This document shows positions 62,114-64,000 of a stretch of DNA of 64,000 nt, piece after piece. This stretch comes from Nitrospirota bacterium (GTDB lineage: Bacteria; Nitrospirota; Nitrospiria; Nitrospirales; Nitrospiraceae), in NCBI GenBank assembly GCA_018971525.1, contig JAGXAR010000013.1:2389-66388 (forward strand). Direction: 5' to 3'. Both the position numbers and the translations under genes were made by a program. The notes beneath the pieces are model-generated. The model was given only the letters and a program-made list of their open reading frames with translations, had not been told where the DNA came from and ran no database searches. Position 1 is the stretch's first letter. The number at the start of each line of letters is the position of its first letter.

Positions 62114-62940
62114 ATGGACCTCCTGACTCTGTTCTTTAGAACCATCCTCCTCCGCCCCTACGTCTTCGTCTTTCTGGCCGGGTTCCTATTTGCCGCCGTT
62201 CAGCTCCTTGGCTGGCAACGAACCTGGCGGTTCCGACTGAGCGGTTCTGGCTGATTAGCTGAGCCACGACCTTCGTCTGCGAATTTTCGTCCACACGCAA
62301 CGGCATTCTCTTCGGCTGGTACCACACAATGGCTCGACCCTGGGGCAGGAACTCTACTTCTCCAACATTCCGTTCATGGACTCGATATCTTTCAGCTTTC
62401 TCCTCTATGAGGCCTACTGCGTCGCGCTCTATCTCGTTCTTCCAATCGGGCCGTCCCCTGCTTCGACTCGCCCATGGCTCAAACCGCGACATCGTGATGT
62501 GGTCGTACGAACGAGTTGGTCCGTGTTCTTGCTGGCCGCCTTCTTGTTTGCCTTCATCGACATGGTGATCGATCCCGTGGCACTCCGTGGCGACCGCTGG
62601 TTCCTCGGCAAGATTTACTACTACCCAGACCAGGGCATTCACTCCGGCGTGCCATTCGCCAACTATGTCGGGTGGGCTGTCGTCGGACTCATCTCCCTCG
62701 CCATCTATTTTCCGCTCGAGCGCCGACTCCCTGCACTCACGCCGCCTCAGTCGGTCACGCCTCGACTCCTGCCGGGCGTCGGCCTCTCTCTACTATGGCG
62801 TCCTGGTCTTCGATCTCGGCGTGACGTTCTGGAGCGGCGAATCGTTCATGGGAATGAGCGGACTGCTGATGCATCTCTCCGTCATCGTACTGTTGATGGT
62901 TCGCCTGGCTGGACCGCGCGGCCTCTCCCCGTCGGGGTAA
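62114..62940 (+). pseudogene. Carotenoid-biosynthesis membrane protein (DUF422-like), disrupted by about 3 frameshifts and an in-frame TGA
   Basis: Protein-like segments occupy different frames. (1) MDLLTLFFRTILLRPYVFVFLAGFLFAAVQLLGWQRT from 62114. (2) FWLIS*ATTFVCEFSSTRNGILFGWYH, with TGA at 62260. (3) GQELYFSNIPFMDSISFSFLLYEAY...GVPFANYVGWAVVGL. (4) LYYGVLVFDLGVTFWSGESFMGMSGLLMHLSVIVLLMVRL, ending at 62940. Confidence 0.7.
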
Positions 62941-62988
62941 CCCGGTGGCAATCAGACTGAAGACTTTGTATAGTGAACACCTGTAGAC

Positions 62989-63609
62989 ATGCGAACGAAA
63001 CTGGTCGTCTTCATCATCGTGGTGGGGCTCGGGATTGTCGGCACCTTCGGGTGGCTGGGCTACCAATTATTCACTACCGGCTTTAGCGCGAAGACGGAGC
63101 CCCATGCGATCGAGGTGTTCCTGGCGCGGCAAATCCGTCACCTGGCCGTCCCGATCGAGAAGCGGAACGCGCAGAATCCCATTCCGTTGAGCTCCGACGT
63201 GATGAAAGAGTCGCTGGCGCACTTCGCCGACCACTGCGCGCAATGCCACGGAAACGACGGAAGGGGCCAGACGCCCATCGGCAAGAACGTCTACCCGAAA
63301 GCGCCGGACCTGCGGTTACCAGATACCCAATCGATGTCCGATGGGGAACTCTTCTGGGTCATTCACAACGGCATTCGCTTCACCGCCATGCCGGCATGGG
63401 GAGAAGGTGACATCGACAAAGATTTGGACAGTTGGAAGCTGGTCCACTTTATTCGCCATCTCCCACAATTGACGTCGGAAGAACTCGACCAGATGAAGGG
63501 ACTCAATCCCAAGACGAAGAAAGACCTCGAAGAAGAAGCCGCCTTCGATCAGTTCCTGCAAGGGAACGATGCGGCGGCAGCACGGACCGAGAGCGGCCAT
63601 CACCACTAG
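62989..63609 (+). CDS. Membrane-anchored mono-haem c-type cytochrome
   Basis: N-terminal TM helix, a CAQCHG haem-binding motif and a distal FTAMPAWG Met ligand region. Confidence 0.85.
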   Translation: MRTKLVVFIIVVGLGIVGTFGWLGYQLFTTGFSAKTEPHAIEVFLARQIRHLAVPIEKRNAQNPIPLSSDVMKESLAHFADHCAQCHGNDGRGQTPIGKNVYPKAPDLRLPDTQSMSDGELFWVIHNGIRFTAMPAWGEGDIDKDLDSWKLVHFIRHLPQLTSEELDQMKGLNPKTKKDLEEEAAFDQFLQGNDAAAARTESGHHH

Positions 63610-63643
63610 TTCATCGACGTCGATACAGGAAAGAGGATTCACC

Positions 63644-63979
63644 ATGTGGTTACGTCTGATTTTGACCCTTGCATGCTTCAGCATTTCGACATCAAGCTTC
63701 GCCCACGGCACCGGGCAACATGTGCTGGGCACGGTCACGGCCATTGACGCGACACATATCGAGGTCAAAACGCCTAAGGGTAAGACGGTGGACGTGCAGG
63801 TCAACAGACAGACCCGGTTCAAGGAGAAGGGCAATCCGAAAGGCTCCAACTTGCCTGTGGTGGGCGATCGGGTCGTCATCGAGGCCACGAAGGACGACAA
63901 AGTGTTGCTCGCCACCGAAATCCATTTTTCCGCAGCCACGCGCGTACCGGCCCCCGTGCAGCCGGTTCCGGTTCAATAG
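63644..63979 (+). CDS. Secreted small beta-rich protein (DUF5666-like)
   Basis: Signal peptide MWLRLILTLACFSISTSSFA, then GTVTAIDATHIEVKT..G..V.V.V...T.F. ATG 63644 is preceded by GGAAAGAGGA. Confidence 0.55.
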   Translation: MWLRLILTLACFSISTSSFAHGTGQHVLGTVTAIDATHIEVKTPKGKTVDVQVNRQTRFKEKGNPKGSNLPVVGDRVVIEATKDDKVLLATEIHFSAATRVPAPVQPVPVQ

Positions 63980-64000
63980 GGTGATCGATGCAGACGCTTC

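Noticed and set aside
62136-62642. 168-aa minus-strand ORF.
   Set aside because: It is a shadow ORF antisense to the decayed DUF422-like gene. The plus strand carries recognisable membrane-protein segments.
1-64000. Scan for CRISPR arrays, tRNA/rRNA genes, integrases, phage or defence genes.
   Set aside because: No regularly spaced direct repeats with unique spacers were seen. No tRNA-like cloverleaf regions, rRNA genes or recognisable defence-system, integrase or phage proteins were seen by eye either.

Overview
GC-rich bacterial chromosomal window with two contrasting halves.

**(1) 200-42260.** About 38 consecutive minus-strand genes, tightly packed and often joined by ATGA/GTGA overlaps, form a very large glycoconjugate locus. 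In transcription order from the operon head at 42260:
- A phosphonate-type head-group module: split TPP decarboxylase, class-V aminotransferase, cytidylyltransferase, CDP-alcohol phosphotransferase fusion and a flippase-like protein. No PEP mutase is present in the window.
- A ligase-rich block: three PaaK/CapK-like adenylating enzymes, an AsnB-like amidotransferase, a Mur-ligase-like protein, an ATP-grasp enzyme, FemAB/GNAT-like acyltransferases and two methyltransferases.
- After a 309-bp gap: GT2 enzymes, an FAD oxidoreductase, an ArnC/ArnT-like set (polyprenyl-phosphate GT2 plus two GT-C proteins), an epimerase, a methyltransferase-GT2 fusion, a synthase-type (QxxRW) GT2, a Wzx-type flippase, a transposase remnant, an alkaline-phosphatase-family protein and a further run of GT2/GT4 genes.

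**(2) 42.3-64 kb.** Mixed-strand ordinary genes:
- two secreted paralogs and four tandem PilZ-only genes;
- a TetR-MFP-RND efflux operon;
- SCP2, AdoMetDC-like, FNR-like and DUF1499 genes, plus membrane and hypothetical proteins;
- a small C4HC3 (PHD-like) zinc-finger ORF;
- ispA, an hpnA-like epimerase and a cytochrome c.

The intergenic spacers of this half carry at least seven copies of a 120-240-bp MITE-like repeat, most bounded by terminal inverted repeats. I did not see this repeat in the glyco-locus.

**Gene decay.** Lesions are visible in a GT2 fragment, a RAYT/IS200-like remnant, a possibly split GNAT, a frameshifted fourth PilZ gene and a multiply disrupted DUF422 gene.

**Not found.** No rRNA, tRNA or CRISPR array was recognised.

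**Best candidate for an undescribed system.** The 24.4-42.3 kb operon, which couples a pepM-less head-group activation module to a peptide/amide-ligase toolkit.

**Caveats.** All calls come from reading motifs by eye. The ORF-track 'M' is sometimes GTG or TTG, and several starts were reset and remain approximate.
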